This document shows, piece by piece, positions 20,969 to 30,689 of a stretch of 63,497 nucleotides of DNA. The notes beneath the pieces are model-generated. The model did not search any database. It worked only from the letters and a program-made list of their open reading frames with translations, and had not been told where the DNA came from. Source of the DNA: an uncultured Bacteroides sp. (GTDB lineage: Bacteria > Bacteroidota > Bacteroidia > Bacteroidales > Muribaculaceae); contig CAZNGJ010000002.1 of the NCBI GenBank assembly GCA_964572615.1, forward strand, positions 1 through 63,497, in the 5' to 3' direction. The position numbers and the translations under genes were made by a program. The stretch's first letter is position 1. Every line of letters begins with the position of its first letter.

Positions 20969-21805
20969 ATGGAAACACACACATTACAGGACAAGCCGTC
21001 ATCCAAGCCTTACCGTCTCGGCGTAGCGTTGTCGGGTGGCGGTGCGCGAGGTTTTGCACATGCCGGAGCCTTGAAGGCCATTGAAGAAGCCGGGCTCAAA
21101 CCTGATATTGTTGCCGGAGTAAGCGCAGGTGCCGTTATTGCCGTCATGTATGGCGCCGGTGTGCCAACCGACCGAATGGTCGAGATATTTTCACAAGCCA
21201 CGTTCAAAGATTTCACGGAACTGAAATTTCGCGGTGGCGGACTTTTCCGTATTAATAAATTTGCCAATTTCATTCTCAAACATATCCAGCCGGCTAAAAC
21301 TTTGGCTGACCTCCGACTTCCCGTGCATATCGGTGTCACCAATTTCGACACAGGAAAACCCGAAGTATTCACCGAGGGCGAAATCGGCCCGCGCATGATG
21401 GCTTCGTGCTCGATACCCATTATCTTTCAACCGGTTAAGATAAACGGAACCAACTATGTTGACGGTGGCGTAGTCAAGAATATGCCTTCCTGGGCTATTC
21501 GCGACTACTGCGATGTGTTGATTGGCGTTAACGTCAGTCCACTTGACATGTCGCCGTCCTCCAACAAGATTATGGATGTTGCGCTGCGGACATTCTCAAT
21601 GATCCAGAAAGCAAATATGCGCGAAGATATCGCTGCTTGTGATGTAGCGATAGAATTGCGAGAAATTTCACAATACAAGACTTTCAATCTCAAACAGATT
21701 CAGAAAGTCTACAATGCCGGTTATCTCAATGCCCGTCATGCACTTAAGGAAGCAGGATTGTGGCGTACAGATAAGTCCTCAAACCAAAATTCAAATAATA
21801 TATGA
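20969..21805 (+). CDS. Patatin-like phospholipase
   Basis: Start METHT; LSGGGARG, GVSAG nucleophile and DGG motif. Confidence 0.92.
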   Translation: METHTLQDKPSSKPYRLGVALSGGGARGFAHAGALKAIEEAGLKPDIVAGVSAGAVIAVMYGAGVPTDRMVEIFSQATFKDFTELKFRGGGLFRINKFANFILKHIQPAKTLADLRLPVHIGVTNFDTGKPEVFTEGEIGPRMMASCSIPIIFQPVKINGTNYVDGGVVKNMPSWAIRDYCDVLIGVNVSPLDMSPSSNKIMDVALRTFSMIQKANMREDIAACDVAIELREISQYKTFNLKQIQKVYNAGYLNARHALKEAGLWRTDKSSNQNSNNI

Positions 21806-23625
21806 CTTCAGATAAATCCTCCAAGACTCGTGGAAAGAGCGCTAAGTCCAAACAGTTTGACGCGAACTCTGTTGGGCGTCCGGTTATATATCAGATGTTT
21901 CCACGCGTTTTCGCAAATACCAACCGTGAGCTCGTCCCCAACGGTCGCATAGAGGCAAACGGGTCCGGTAAACTAAACGATATTAATAAGGACGTGTTAA
22001 ATTCGATAGCCGACCTCGGAGCAACCCACGTATGGTACACCGGGGTCATCGAACATGCACATGACGTTGACTACACGGCCTACGGAATCCCCCGCCATAA
22101 CGCCCATATCATCAAAGGTCGGGCAGGCAGTCCATACGCTATTGTCGACTACTACGATATCGACCCCGACGTTGCGGAGGATGTACCGGAGCGTATGAAG
22201 GAATTTGAGGCATTGGTGGAACGAACAAAATCAGCCGGCATGGGTGTGATAATCGACTTCGTGCCCAACCACGTCGGTCGCCAATATCATAGCGATATGG
22301 CTCCACGCGGAGTCCGCGATCTCGGCGACGGTGATAATCCAGAGATGTTCTTTGCTCCATACAACAACTTCTATTACATAACCCGACAGCAGTTTTCCCC
22401 CCGGGATGTCGAGTTAGGATCCGGGCCGGATACCTATTCGGAGTTTCCCGCGAAGGCTACGGGTAACGACTGTTTTACAGCTTTCCCAAGCCGTAACGAC
22501 TGGTACGAGACAGTAAAACTAAACTATGGTTATGACCCCGGAGACCATACGAAGCATTTCGACCCGATACCTGATACCTGGCTGAAGATGTTGCACATCT
22601 TGCGTTTCTGGGCTTCTAAAGGTGTCGACGGTTTCCGTTGTGATATGGCCCACATGGTACCGGTAGAGTTCTGGAAATGGGCTATCACAATGGTCAAGAA
22701 AGACTACCCGGACATCATCTTCATAGCCGAACTCTACGATGTCGGTATCTATCGCCAATACCTGTCGGAAGGAGGGTTCGATTATCTCTACGACAAAGTT
22801 AATCTCTATGATACCCTCCGCGGCATCGAGTGTAACAATTGGTCGGCGGCTCAACTGACATCCTGCTGGCAGACAGTCGAGGGTGTGTCAGAAAAGATGC
22901 TCAATTTCCTCGAAAATCACGACGAGCAGCGATACGCCTCCGATTTCTATGCCGGTCGTGCTGAAACGGTCATCCCCGCTTTGGTAGCTATAGCTACGAT
23001 GTCGAAAGGGGCTGTAATGATTTACAACGGACAGGAGCTCGGAGAGCGGGGAATGGATACCGAGGGTTTCAGTGGTAGGGACGGACGCACCACTATCTTT
23101 GACTTCTGGAGCATGGATACCGTGAGTCGCTGGCTTGGTGACGACAAGAAACCGGGATATGAAAATCTAACGGAAGAGGAACGCCGTCTGCGACATATTT
23201 ACAGCCGTATTCTTGGCTTGGTAAATGGTTCGGATACAGTACGCAACGGGGCATTCTTCGATCTTATGTATGTCAATTATCAAAGCGACGGTTTCAATCC
23301 CCATCGGCATTACGCCTATATGCGTTCGACAGCTGACGAAACGATGCTTATTTTCCTCAACTTCGGCGATGAGGATGCGGATGCACAGGTTGTAATACCC
23401 GACCATGCATTCAATTTGCTCGGATTGCCGCATGGTGAAGTCGTAGCAGTTGATGCGCTCGACAGTACCAAACATAAGTTTGTGCTTTCTCCGGGTGAGG
23501 CTGTCAGTGTCAAAACACCTGCGCACGGTGCCCGCATTCTGGCTTTCCCGAACAAGATAGCCAAGAAAAAGCGCGGTGTAACAAAAAATAACGCTTCCGG
23601 CGACCCTGTCACTGCGAAAAAATGA
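21802..23625 (+). CDS. Alpha-amylase family glycoside hydrolase (GH13), cytoplasmic
   Basis: DFVPNH, GFRCDMAH, FIAELY, FLENHDE; no signal peptide. Confidence 0.93.
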   Translation: MTSDKSSKTRGKSAKSKQFDANSVGRPVIYQMFPRVFANTNRELVPNGRIEANGSGKLNDINKDVLNSIADLGATHVWYTGVIEHAHDVDYTAYGIPRHNAHIIKGRAGSPYAIVDYYDIDPDVAEDVPERMKEFEALVERTKSAGMGVIIDFVPNHVGRQYHSDMAPRGVRDLGDGDNPEMFFAPYNNFYYITRQQFSPRDVELGSGPDTYSEFPAKATGNDCFTAFPSRNDWYETVKLNYGYDPGDHTKHFDPIPDTWLKMLHILRFWASKGVDGFRCDMAHMVPVEFWKWAITMVKKDYPDIIFIAELYDVGIYRQYLSEGGFDYLYDKVNLYDTLRGIECNNWSAAQLTSCWQTVEGVSEKMLNFLENHDEQRYASDFYAGRAETVIPALVAIATMSKGAVMIYNGQELGERGMDTEGFSGRDGRTTIFDFWSMDTVSRWLGDDKKPGYENLTEEERRLRHIYSRILGLVNGSDTVRNGAFFDLMYVNYQSDGFNPHRHYAYMRSTADETMLIFLNFGDEDADAQVVIPDHAFNLLGLPHGEVVAVDALDSTKHKFVLSPGEAVSVKTPAHGARILAFPNKIAKKKRGVTKNNASGDPVTAKK

Positions 23626-23626
23626 C

Positions 23627-23634
23627 TAAATTTG
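23627..23634 (+). promoter_or_regulatory. -7 promoter element for prs
   Basis: TAAATTTG immediately after the GH13 stop codon. Confidence 0.65.
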
Positions 23635-23669
23635 CACCGAAAAATACAAAACCAACCATACAAACCAAT

Positions 23670-24614
23670 ATGAGCACTCAAAACACTCCCTTCAAAATTT
23701 TCTCCGGTACACGTTCGCACTATATGGCAGAAGAAATTTGCCGTGACCTCGGTGTTGAACTCGGTAAAATGAACATCCTGCATTTCGCCGACGGCGAATT
23801 TGAAGTATCGTTTGAGGAATCTATCCGTGGCTGCGACGTTTATCTCGTTCAGTCTACCTTTCCCAACTCCGACAACCTCATGGAGCTTCTGCTGATGATC
23901 GATGCCGCCAAGCGAGCCTCTGCCAAATCAGTCGTTGCCGTTATGCCTTACTTCGGTTGGGCCCGTCAGGACCGCAAAGACAAACCGCGCGTGTCGATCG
24001 CAGCCCGTCTGGTGGCTAACTTGCTGACTGCCGCCGGTGTCGATCGCGTCATCACAATGGACCTGCACGCCGACCAGATTCAGGGCTTCTTCAACATCCC
24101 CGTTGACCACCTGTATGCTTCGTCGGTATTTATCCCCTATATCCAGTCGCTCAACCTTGAGGACCTTGTTCTTGCCACTCCCGATGTCGGTGGTGCGAAG
24201 CGCGCCAACAGCTATGCCAAATATCTCGATGTGCCCCTGGTGCTCTGCCACAAGCAGCGCGCCAAGGCTAACGTTGTTGCCACAATGACCATCATCGGCG
24301 ACGTTAAGGATAAGAATGTGATCCTTGTCGACGACATGGTAGATACTGCCGGTACCATTACCAAGGCCGCAGATCTGATGATGGCCAATGGTGCAAAGAG
24401 TGTTCGTGCCCTGGCTTCGCACGCTATCATGAGCGATCCCGCTACCGAACGTGTTAACAACAGTGGCCTCACCGAAATGATTTTCACCAACTCGATTCCT
24501 TACAGCAAGGAGTCTCCCAAGTGTACAATCCTCTCCGTGGCCCGTCTGTTCGCCGATACTATCCGTCGCGTACAGAACAACGAGTCTATTTCGTCGCAGT
24601 ACGTATTCAAGTAA
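23670..24614 (+). CDS. prs: Ribose-phosphate pyrophosphokinase
   Basis: Start MSTQN; FADGE, PYFGWARQDRK, DLHADQIQGFF, DDMVDTAGT. Confidence 0.98.
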   Translation: MSTQNTPFKIFSGTRSHYMAEEICRDLGVELGKMNILHFADGEFEVSFEESIRGCDVYLVQSTFPNSDNLMELLLMIDAAKRASAKSVVAVMPYFGWARQDRKDKPRVSIAARLVANLLTAAGVDRVITMDLHADQIQGFFNIPVDHLYASSVFIPYIQSLNLEDLVLATPDVGGAKRANSYAKYLDVPLVLCHKQRAKANVVATMTIIGDVKDKNVILVDDMVDTAGTITKAADLMMANGAKSVRALASHAIMSDPATERVNNSGLTEMIFTNSIPYSKESPKCTILSVARLFADTIRRVQNNESISSQYVFK

Positions 24615-24630
24615 ATAATCCTAAAATACA

Positions 24631-24669
24631 TCAGGCCGGAGCGAGTAGCAGTACATCGCCCCGGCTTGA
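24631..24669 (+). other. GC-rich stem-loop after prs (no U-tract)
   Basis: TCAGGCCGG-A-GCGA...TCGC-C-CCGGCTTGA. Confidence 0.55.
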
Positions 24670-24693
24670 CGCTATCTTATAACATTAACAAAT

Positions 24694-24897
24694 ATGAGTG
24701 CGAACGAAGGATTAGACGAACGTTTCCCACGTGACCCTGCCATGCTGATGAGTATGGTTAATATGAAATTGCGCGATGATTATCCGGCAGGTCTCGACAG
24801 TATGTGCGACGATATGGGGATCAGTCGTAAAGTGCTCGAAGAAGCACTTGCTGATGCCGGATTCGAATACAGCCCCGAGCATAACAAATTTTGGTAA
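24694..24897 (+). CDS. DUF4250 family small protein
   Basis: PRDPAMLMSMVNMKLRDDY ... GFEYSPEHNKFW. Confidence 0.85.
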   Translation: MSANEGLDERFPRDPAMLMSMVNMKLRDDYPAGLDSMCDDMGISRKVLEEALADAGFEYSPEHNKFW

Positions 24898-24913
24898 ACT
24901 GACACAGTCCAAG

Positions 24914-27259
24914 ATGGTAATTGATCCATACGCATACCTCAATGAACTCAATGAGCAACAGCGGGCGGCCGTCGAATATCTCGGCGGTCCGGAACTCGTT
25001 ATAGCCGGTGCCGGTTCGGGTAAGACTCGTGTTCTTACATACAAGATAGTGCACTTGTTGGCCAAGGGGTATGAGCCCGGTCGCATACTCGCCCTTACGT
25101 TTACCAACAAGGCGGCACGCGAGATGCGCGAGCGTATCATAACCAAGATTGGCGAGCATGGGGCCAACCGACTGTGGATGGGTACTTTCCACTCGGTGTT
25201 TGCACGAATCTTGCGCAGGCATGCCGATCGTATCAATTACACGTCCAATTATACAATCTACGATAGCCAGGACTCTCGAAATCTGGTGAAAAGTATAATA
25301 AAGGAACTGAATCTCGATGATAAGTCCTATAAGCCGGCGACGATAGCAAGCATCATCTCGAATCTCAAGAACGACCTTGTATCGCCGGAGGACTATATGC
25401 GTGACGAAAAACGCATGTATCTCGATCAACGAGCCGGGCGCCCTCAGACAGCCTTGGTATATCAGGCATACCGTGACCGACTGCGTACGTCGGGCGCTAT
25501 GGACTTTGACGACTTGTTGTTCTACACTCACCGCTTGTTGCGTGACAATGAAGATGTACGCAATCATTACCGCGAATTTTTCCGCTACATACTTGTCGAC
25601 GAGTACCAGGATACGAACCACGCGCAGGCGCAGATACTCCGGCTCCTGACCGAGGATTCACCTAATGCCGGAGTGTGTGTTGTCGGCGACGATGCCCAGA
25701 GTATTTATTCGTTCCGTGGCGCCAATCTGGCCAATATCCTCCAGATGGAGCGGGCTTTCCCCAATCTGCGCATGTTCAAGCTCGAACAGAATTACCGCTC
25801 AACTGAGAATATCATCAATGCTGCCGGTTCGTTGATTTCGCACAATGTACACCAGATACCTAAAAAGGTATTCTCGAATAATGGTCCCGGCATTCCTGTA
25901 GAGGTAGTCGAGTGCTACAGCGATTACGAAGAGGCCGGACTGCTTGCTTCACGCATAAGCACCGTGAAAGCGCGCACCGGTGACAGTTACGAGGATTTTG
26001 CGGTGCTGTACCGGACGAACGGTCAAAGCCGTATCCTGGAGGAATCCTTGAGAAAGCGCAACATCCCATACCGCATCTACGGAGGCATGTCGTTCTTCCA
26101 TCGAAAGGAAGTAAAGGATGTCGTGGCGTATCTCCGACTTGCACTCAACCCTGCTGACGAAGAGGCTATCAAACGCATCATTAATTTGCCGGCACGTAAA
26201 ATTGGCGATACGACTTTGCGCAAGGTCTCGCAAGCTGCATCGGCAGCTAATGTCAGTCTTTACGAAGTCCTAAGTGATCCTGACAGATTCAATCTCGACG
26301 TCAATAAACCAACAAAAGCGCGGCTTATCGAATTTGCCAATCTCATTGGCCGAATCAGCGACTATGCTCGTGATCATGACGCAGCTCAAACACTCGAATA
26401 CATACTTGTACAAACCGGTCTGATTAGTTACTACGACACTGAAAACACTCCGGAGAACATCTCGAAGCGCGAGAATATGGCCGAGTTGAACAACTATGCA
26501 GCTTCGTTTGTCGAAACAAAGTTGGAACAAGGCTTGACCGATGAGACAGGGTTATCTTCGTTCATGGCCGAGGTTTCGCTTGCAACCGATGCCGACAAGA
26601 ACGAAAACGCGGAGACTGACGAAAAAGCAATAACACTTATGACCATCCATGCGGCAAAAGGTCTCGAATTTAAGAACATTTTCGTCGTCGGTGTCGAGAA
26701 AGAAGTACTACCGTCGCCGATGGCAAACACCAATCCCGGTGAAATCGAGGAGGAACGACGTCTGCTGTATGTGGCAATCACCCGAGCCAAACGTTACTGT
26801 ATGCTTTCGTTTGCCAAAAGCCGTTATATCAACGGACAGTCGGCTGTAACTGGACCGTCGCCATTTCTTGGCGAAATCAATCCGACGTACCTAAAAATGG
26901 CTCCGGGTACTAATCTGCGAGCAGCCGGAAGTACCTCTTCTTCGAGGTCTTCTTCCGGACGCGGTTATGCAGAAAACCTGATGGAACGCTACCGAAAGAC
27001 AAACGTGGTACAGCAACCGACTCTTAGTCGCCCTGCTCCTACGCCAAAACGTGTTGTTATGCCAGACGGGGCGTATCCGACCAACCATACGGCATCCGAA
27101 CTGACCGAGGGTCTTATGATTATGCATGACCGCTTCGGTCGTGGAGCTGTGAAATCGGTCGACGCAACTCATCCCGGAGGCGCACGGATAACGGTAGAGT
27201 TCGAAAATGAAGGTCAGAAGACACTGATGCTTAAATTTGCAAAATTTGTCATACTTTAA
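24914..27259 (+). CDS. pcrA: ATP-dependent DNA helicase UvrD/PcrA
   Basis: Start MVIDPY; AGAGSGKT, VDEYQD, LEQNYRS, TIHAAKGLEF, EEERRLLYVAITRA. Confidence 0.95.
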   Translation: MVIDPYAYLNELNEQQRAAVEYLGGPELVIAGAGSGKTRVLTYKIVHLLAKGYEPGRILALTFTNKAAREMRERIITKIGEHGANRLWMGTFHSVFARILRRHADRINYTSNYTIYDSQDSRNLVKSIIKELNLDDKSYKPATIASIISNLKNDLVSPEDYMRDEKRMYLDQRAGRPQTALVYQAYRDRLRTSGAMDFDDLLFYTHRLLRDNEDVRNHYREFFRYILVDEYQDTNHAQAQILRLLTEDSPNAGVCVVGDDAQSIYSFRGANLANILQMERAFPNLRMFKLEQNYRSTENIINAAGSLISHNVHQIPKKVFSNNGPGIPVEVVECYSDYEEAGLLASRISTVKARTGDSYEDFAVLYRTNGQSRILEESLRKRNIPYRIYGGMSFFHRKEVKDVVAYLRLALNPADEEAIKRIINLPARKIGDTTLRKVSQAASAANVSLYEVLSDPDRFNLDVNKPTKARLIEFANLIGRISDYARDHDAAQTLEYILVQTGLISYYDTENTPENISKRENMAELNNYAASFVETKLEQGLTDETGLSSFMAEVSLATDADKNENAETDEKAITLMTIHAAKGLEFKNIFVVGVEKEVLPSPMANTNPGEIEEERRLLYVAITRAKRYCMLSFAKSRYINGQSAVTGPSPFLGEINPTYLKMAPGTNLRAAGSTSSSRSSSGRGYAENLMERYRKTNVVQQPTLSRPAPTPKRVVMPDGAYPTNHTASELTEGLMIMHDRFGRGAVKSVDATHPGGARITVEFENEGQKTLMLKFAKFVIL

Positions 27260-27263
27260 TTAT

Positions 27264-28418
27264 ATGAAAGTCAACGAAATACCAACTCCCTTTTACATTG
27301 TTTACGAGGATCGCCTGCGTAAGAATCTCGAGTTGATAACAGATGTAGCCAAACGTGCTGATGTCAAGATTATTATGGCATTCAAGGCAAATGCGCTTTG
27401 GAAAACGTTTGACATCTTCAAGGAATATAATGTGGCTTGTACGGCAAGCAGTCTCAACGAGTTGCGTTTGGGTCGCGAGTATCTGACGGATCAGATCTAC
27501 TCATACTCGCCTGCATACACCGACCGCACCATCGGAGAGTATCTTGCAGGCAGCACTCATATTACTTTTAATACGCTGAGTCAATGGGAGCGTTTCAAGG
27601 ATAGAGTGCAGGAGTACAACCGTACTTCGGGTCGCTATGTTTCCCCGGGACTGCGCGTCAATCCACGTTGCTCAGTCATAGCCACCGACCTCTATAACCC
27701 CGCTCTTCCCGGCAGCCGTTTCGGTGCGTCGGCCGGAGACCTTGCCAACGGTCTCCCTGAGGGTATCGAGGGATTACACTTCCATGCACTATGCGAGTCA
27801 TCGTCACACGACCTTGCCAAGGTGCTGGCGTCTTTCGAGGCCCAGTTCGGACGATTGCTTGAACAGGTTAAGTGGGTCAATATGGGTGGCGGTCACATAA
27901 TGACCCGCCAAGGATATGATACTGATCATCTGGTCGAAGTGCTTCGTGGATTCAAGAGCCGGTACCCGTGGATCGAGATAATACTTGAACCCGGTAGTGC
28001 ATTTACATGGCGCACCGGCGACCTGATAAGCAGCGTTGTCGATCTGGTCACTAACGACGGCGTTACTACTGCTATCATGGATGTTTCATTTGCCTGCCAC
28101 ATGCCTGATACTCTCGAAATGCCATATAAACCGGCAATTACCGAAAGTGACGGAGAGAATCCCGTACCTGGGCATCCGACTTACCGATTGGGTGGCAACT
28201 CATGTTTATCCGGTGATTACATGGGCGACTGGAGTTTCCTCGAACCTCTTAAGATTGGCGACCGTATCACCCTCGAAGATATGAATCACTATACGACGGT
28301 CAAGACTAATATGTTCAATGGCATAGATCACCCGGCAATAGTATTCTGTGATAAGAACGGTGATTGCACTTATCTGCGAGAGTTTACCTACGACGACTAT
28401 AAGTCGCGAATGAGTTAA
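27264..28418 (+). CDS. nspC: Carboxynorspermidine decarboxylase
   Basis: Start MKVNEIPTP; AFKA, GLHFHALCE, NMGGGH, CHMPDTLEMPY, SCLSGD, YTTVKTNMFNG. Confidence 0.95.
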   Translation: MKVNEIPTPFYIVYEDRLRKNLELITDVAKRADVKIIMAFKANALWKTFDIFKEYNVACTASSLNELRLGREYLTDQIYSYSPAYTDRTIGEYLAGSTHITFNTLSQWERFKDRVQEYNRTSGRYVSPGLRVNPRCSVIATDLYNPALPGSRFGASAGDLANGLPEGIEGLHFHALCESSSHDLAKVLASFEAQFGRLLEQVKWVNMGGGHIMTRQGYDTDHLVEVLRGFKSRYPWIEIILEPGSAFTWRTGDLISSVVDLVTNDGVTTAIMDVSFACHMPDTLEMPYKPAITESDGENPVPGHPTYRLGGNSCLSGDYMGDWSFLEPLKIGDRITLEDMNHYTTVKTNMFNGIDHPAIVFCDKNGDCTYLREFTYDDYKSRMS

Positions 28419-28467
28419 AAAAGAATATCGCTTAAGGATTCAAGAACTTAAGCGATATTCTTTTTTA
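28416..28467. terminator. Bidirectional intrinsic terminator (nspC / buk)
   Basis: Perfect inverted repeat TAAAAAAGAATATCGCTTAAG / CTTAAGCGATATTCTTTTTTA between convergent genes. Confidence 0.9.
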
Positions 28468-28470
28468 GAA

Positions 28471-29703
28471 TTAGTTATCATTGCGAAGCGGTCGCCGCCA
28501 AGAGCGGAAATACTGTCGCATGGCCGAAAGTCGCCGCTTTGTCGAGTAGTTGGAGAATCGGGCTGCCGACAACCATTCTCGCAATTTAGACGGACGCGTT
28601 ATATCGTTGATTTGTGCCGGGTCATCGGGTAGGGCAGACTCATAGATCTTCACTTCCTGTGTGCCGTTCAATGCTCCCAAGGCGTTTTGGGCAAGAGCGA
28701 GCAACTCGTTTTCGCCCGGATATACATAAATCGGTGCTATGAAGTCGCAATGGCCGGCTATATAGTCTGTGATACGCTTGGAGTGGGCTACACCGCCGGT
28801 GATAAGGATAGCATCGACGTTGCCACACAGTGCAATTGCCATGGCACCGATCTCCTTAGCAATAGTGTAGCACATAGCTCGGATTATCAGCATGGCATGA
28901 AGGTCTCCATGGTCAACCCGATCCAATATCTCAGGTATGGATGTTGTACCAAGATGTGCAACCAGTCCGCCTTTGCCGTGTACCAACTTGATCAACTCGG
29001 CCTCGGTGTATTTTCCCGAGAAACAAAGGTTGATCAGCGGCCCCGGGGGTAGGGTGCCCGAACGTTCGGGCGAAAACGGACCACAACCGTTCAGAGCATT
29101 TGTAGTGTCGATCACCTTGCCTTTGCGATGGGCTGAAACTGTGATGCCGCCTCCCATGTGACACACGATTAGGTTGAGGTCCTCGTAAGCGGTTTCGTTC
29201 TCACGCGCATACCGTCGTGCGATAGCCTTCTGATTGAGCGCATGGAATACAGATTCCCTCGGTAGCTCGGGCACACCGGTAATACGGGCGTATGGTATCA
29301 TTTCGTCAACCACGACGGGATCGGCGATATAACTCTTGACTCCAACCATGTCGGCAATGTATCGTGCAATAAGACCGCCAAGGTTCGAAGCATGTTCGCG
29401 GCGAGCGTTGCGCAGGTCGTTGACCATAGCGTCATTGACTTCGTAGACACCGCTTTCAACCGGTTGGAGGATTCCACCGCGACCCACTACGGCATCGAGA
29501 CTGTGGAGGTCTACACCGTGCTCATTAAGATCCTTGACAATCATGTCACGACGCCATTCGTACTGGTCGGCAGGGCGAGCAAAGTGAGCAAGGTCTTCAG
29601 GCGAGTGCGAGAAGGTGTGGGTATATACAGGCGTCTCGTTTTCGTAGACAGCAATCTTGGTTGATGTCGAGCCGGGATTGATGGCTAAAATTCGTTTAGT
29701 CAT
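28471..29703 (-). CDS. buk: Butyrate (branched-chain fatty acid) kinase with a C-terminal extension
   Basis: INPGSTSTK, HASNLG, FHALNQKA, PFSPERSG, YPGENE. Confidence 0.95.
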   Translation of the reverse strand: MTKRILAINPGSTSTKIAVYENETPVYTHTFSHSPEDLAHFARPADQYEWRRDMIVKDLNEHGVDLHSLDAVVGRGGILQPVESGVYEVNDAMVNDLRNARREHASNLGGLIARYIADMVGVKSYIADPVVVDEMIPYARITGVPELPRESVFHALNQKAIARRYARENETAYEDLNLIVCHMGGGITVSAHRKGKVIDTTNALNGCGPFSPERSGTLPPGPLINLCFSGKYTEAELIKLVHGKGGLVAHLGTTSIPEILDRVDHGDLHAMLIIRAMCYTIAKEIGAMAIALCGNVDAILITGGVAHSKRITDYIAGHCDFIAPIYVYPGENELLALAQNALGALNGTQEVKIYESALPDDPAQINDITRPSKLREWLSAARFSNYSTKRRLSAMRQYFRSWRRPLRNDN

Positions 29704-29704
29704 A

Positions 29705-30610
29705 TCATTTGGCGGCTAAGCAGGCGAGTGCTATTGAATAAAGTTTACTTTCGGGTGTATCGCCGCGGCTGGTCAACACGCATGGCTGTTTGGTACCCAT
29801 GACCATCGCAGCCATTTCGCCACCGCCGAAGTGAGTGGCCGACTTGAAGAATACATTGGCCGATTCGATATTCGGGAACAGCAGACAGTCAGCTTTACCA
29901 GCAACTTGACTACCTTTGACTTTCTTCTCGATAGCGACTTCAGGATACAGAGCAACATCGAGCGACAGAGGCCCGTCGACAACTACGTCGCCCAACTGTC
30001 CGCGATCGCCCATTTTGGCAAGGATAGCGGCTTCGGTAGACGAATCGACTGAGGGCAGCAGCTGTTCGGACGGAGCAATACATGCCAACTTGGGCGAACT
30101 AATTCCTAACAGCTGAGCTGTCTTGGTAAGAAAACCGATAATTTTTGTCTTCTGCTTGAAATCCGGTGCCGGAATAACGGCGGCATCCGAGAAGACGATA
30201 AGACGAGGATAATCGGGCAACTCGACAACGGCAACGTGGCTCAACAGTCCCTTGGGAGGGAACAAGCCTGCATCTTTATTCAGGATTCCGCGCATGTATT
30301 TGTCGGTCGAAACGAGGCCCTTCATCAGTACGTCAGCCTGACCGGTGGCCACGGCGCTTACGGCAAGATTGACGCAAGCGACATCGTTTTTTTCGTCGAC
30401 AATATTAAAGGCCGTCGGATCGATGCCTTCGGCTGCGCATACATCCAAAATAACCTGTTTGTCACCGTAGATTGTCGGATGAACGATACCTTCGCGGTAG
30501 GCTTCGTAGACTGCCTTAAGTGTGTGAGCATCCTGACCGAATGCTACTGACAGACGTTTGGGGCCGCGCTTACGGGCTGCTTCAACAATTTGTGATAGTC
30601 GGGTTATCAT
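29705..30610 (-). CDS. ptb: Phosphate butyryl/acyltransferase
   Basis: LMKG, DGPLSLD, LTSRGD; adjacent to buk. Confidence 0.92.
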   Translation of the reverse strand: MITRLSQIVEAARKRGPKRLSVAFGQDAHTLKAVYEAYREGIVHPTIYGDKQVILDVCAAEGIDPTAFNIVDEKNDVACVNLAVSAVATGQADVLMKGLVSTDKYMRGILNKDAGLFPPKGLLSHVAVVELPDYPRLIVFSDAAVIPAPDFKQKTKIIGFLTKTAQLLGISSPKLACIAPSEQLLPSVDSSTEAAILAKMGDRGQLGDVVVDGPLSLDVALYPEVAIEKKVKGSQVAGKADCLLFPNIESANVFFKSATHFGGGEMAAMVMGTKQPCVLTSRGDTPESKLYSIALACLAAK

Positions 30611-30671
30611 GAGTATAGAATTAAAAATGTGAATATGTCCGGCACGCAGTTGATGCGACCGATTGATAATG

Positions 30672-30679
30672 CAAAGGTA
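30672..30679 (-). promoter_or_regulatory. -7 promoter element for ptb-buk
   Basis: TACCTTTG consensus match. Confidence 0.65.
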
Positions 30680-30689
30680 CGAAAAATTT

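Noticed and set aside
21768-21821. Imperfect 13-bp direct repeat CAGATAA(G/A)TCCTC across the patatin/GH13 junction
   Set aside because: There are only two copies, both in coding tails (DKSS), with nothing inserted between them; chance or a trivial duplication is likely.
28471-30610. ptb-buk as evidence of butyrate production
   Set aside because: No butyryl-CoA pathway genes are in the window, and such pairs also act on branched-chain acyl-CoAs.
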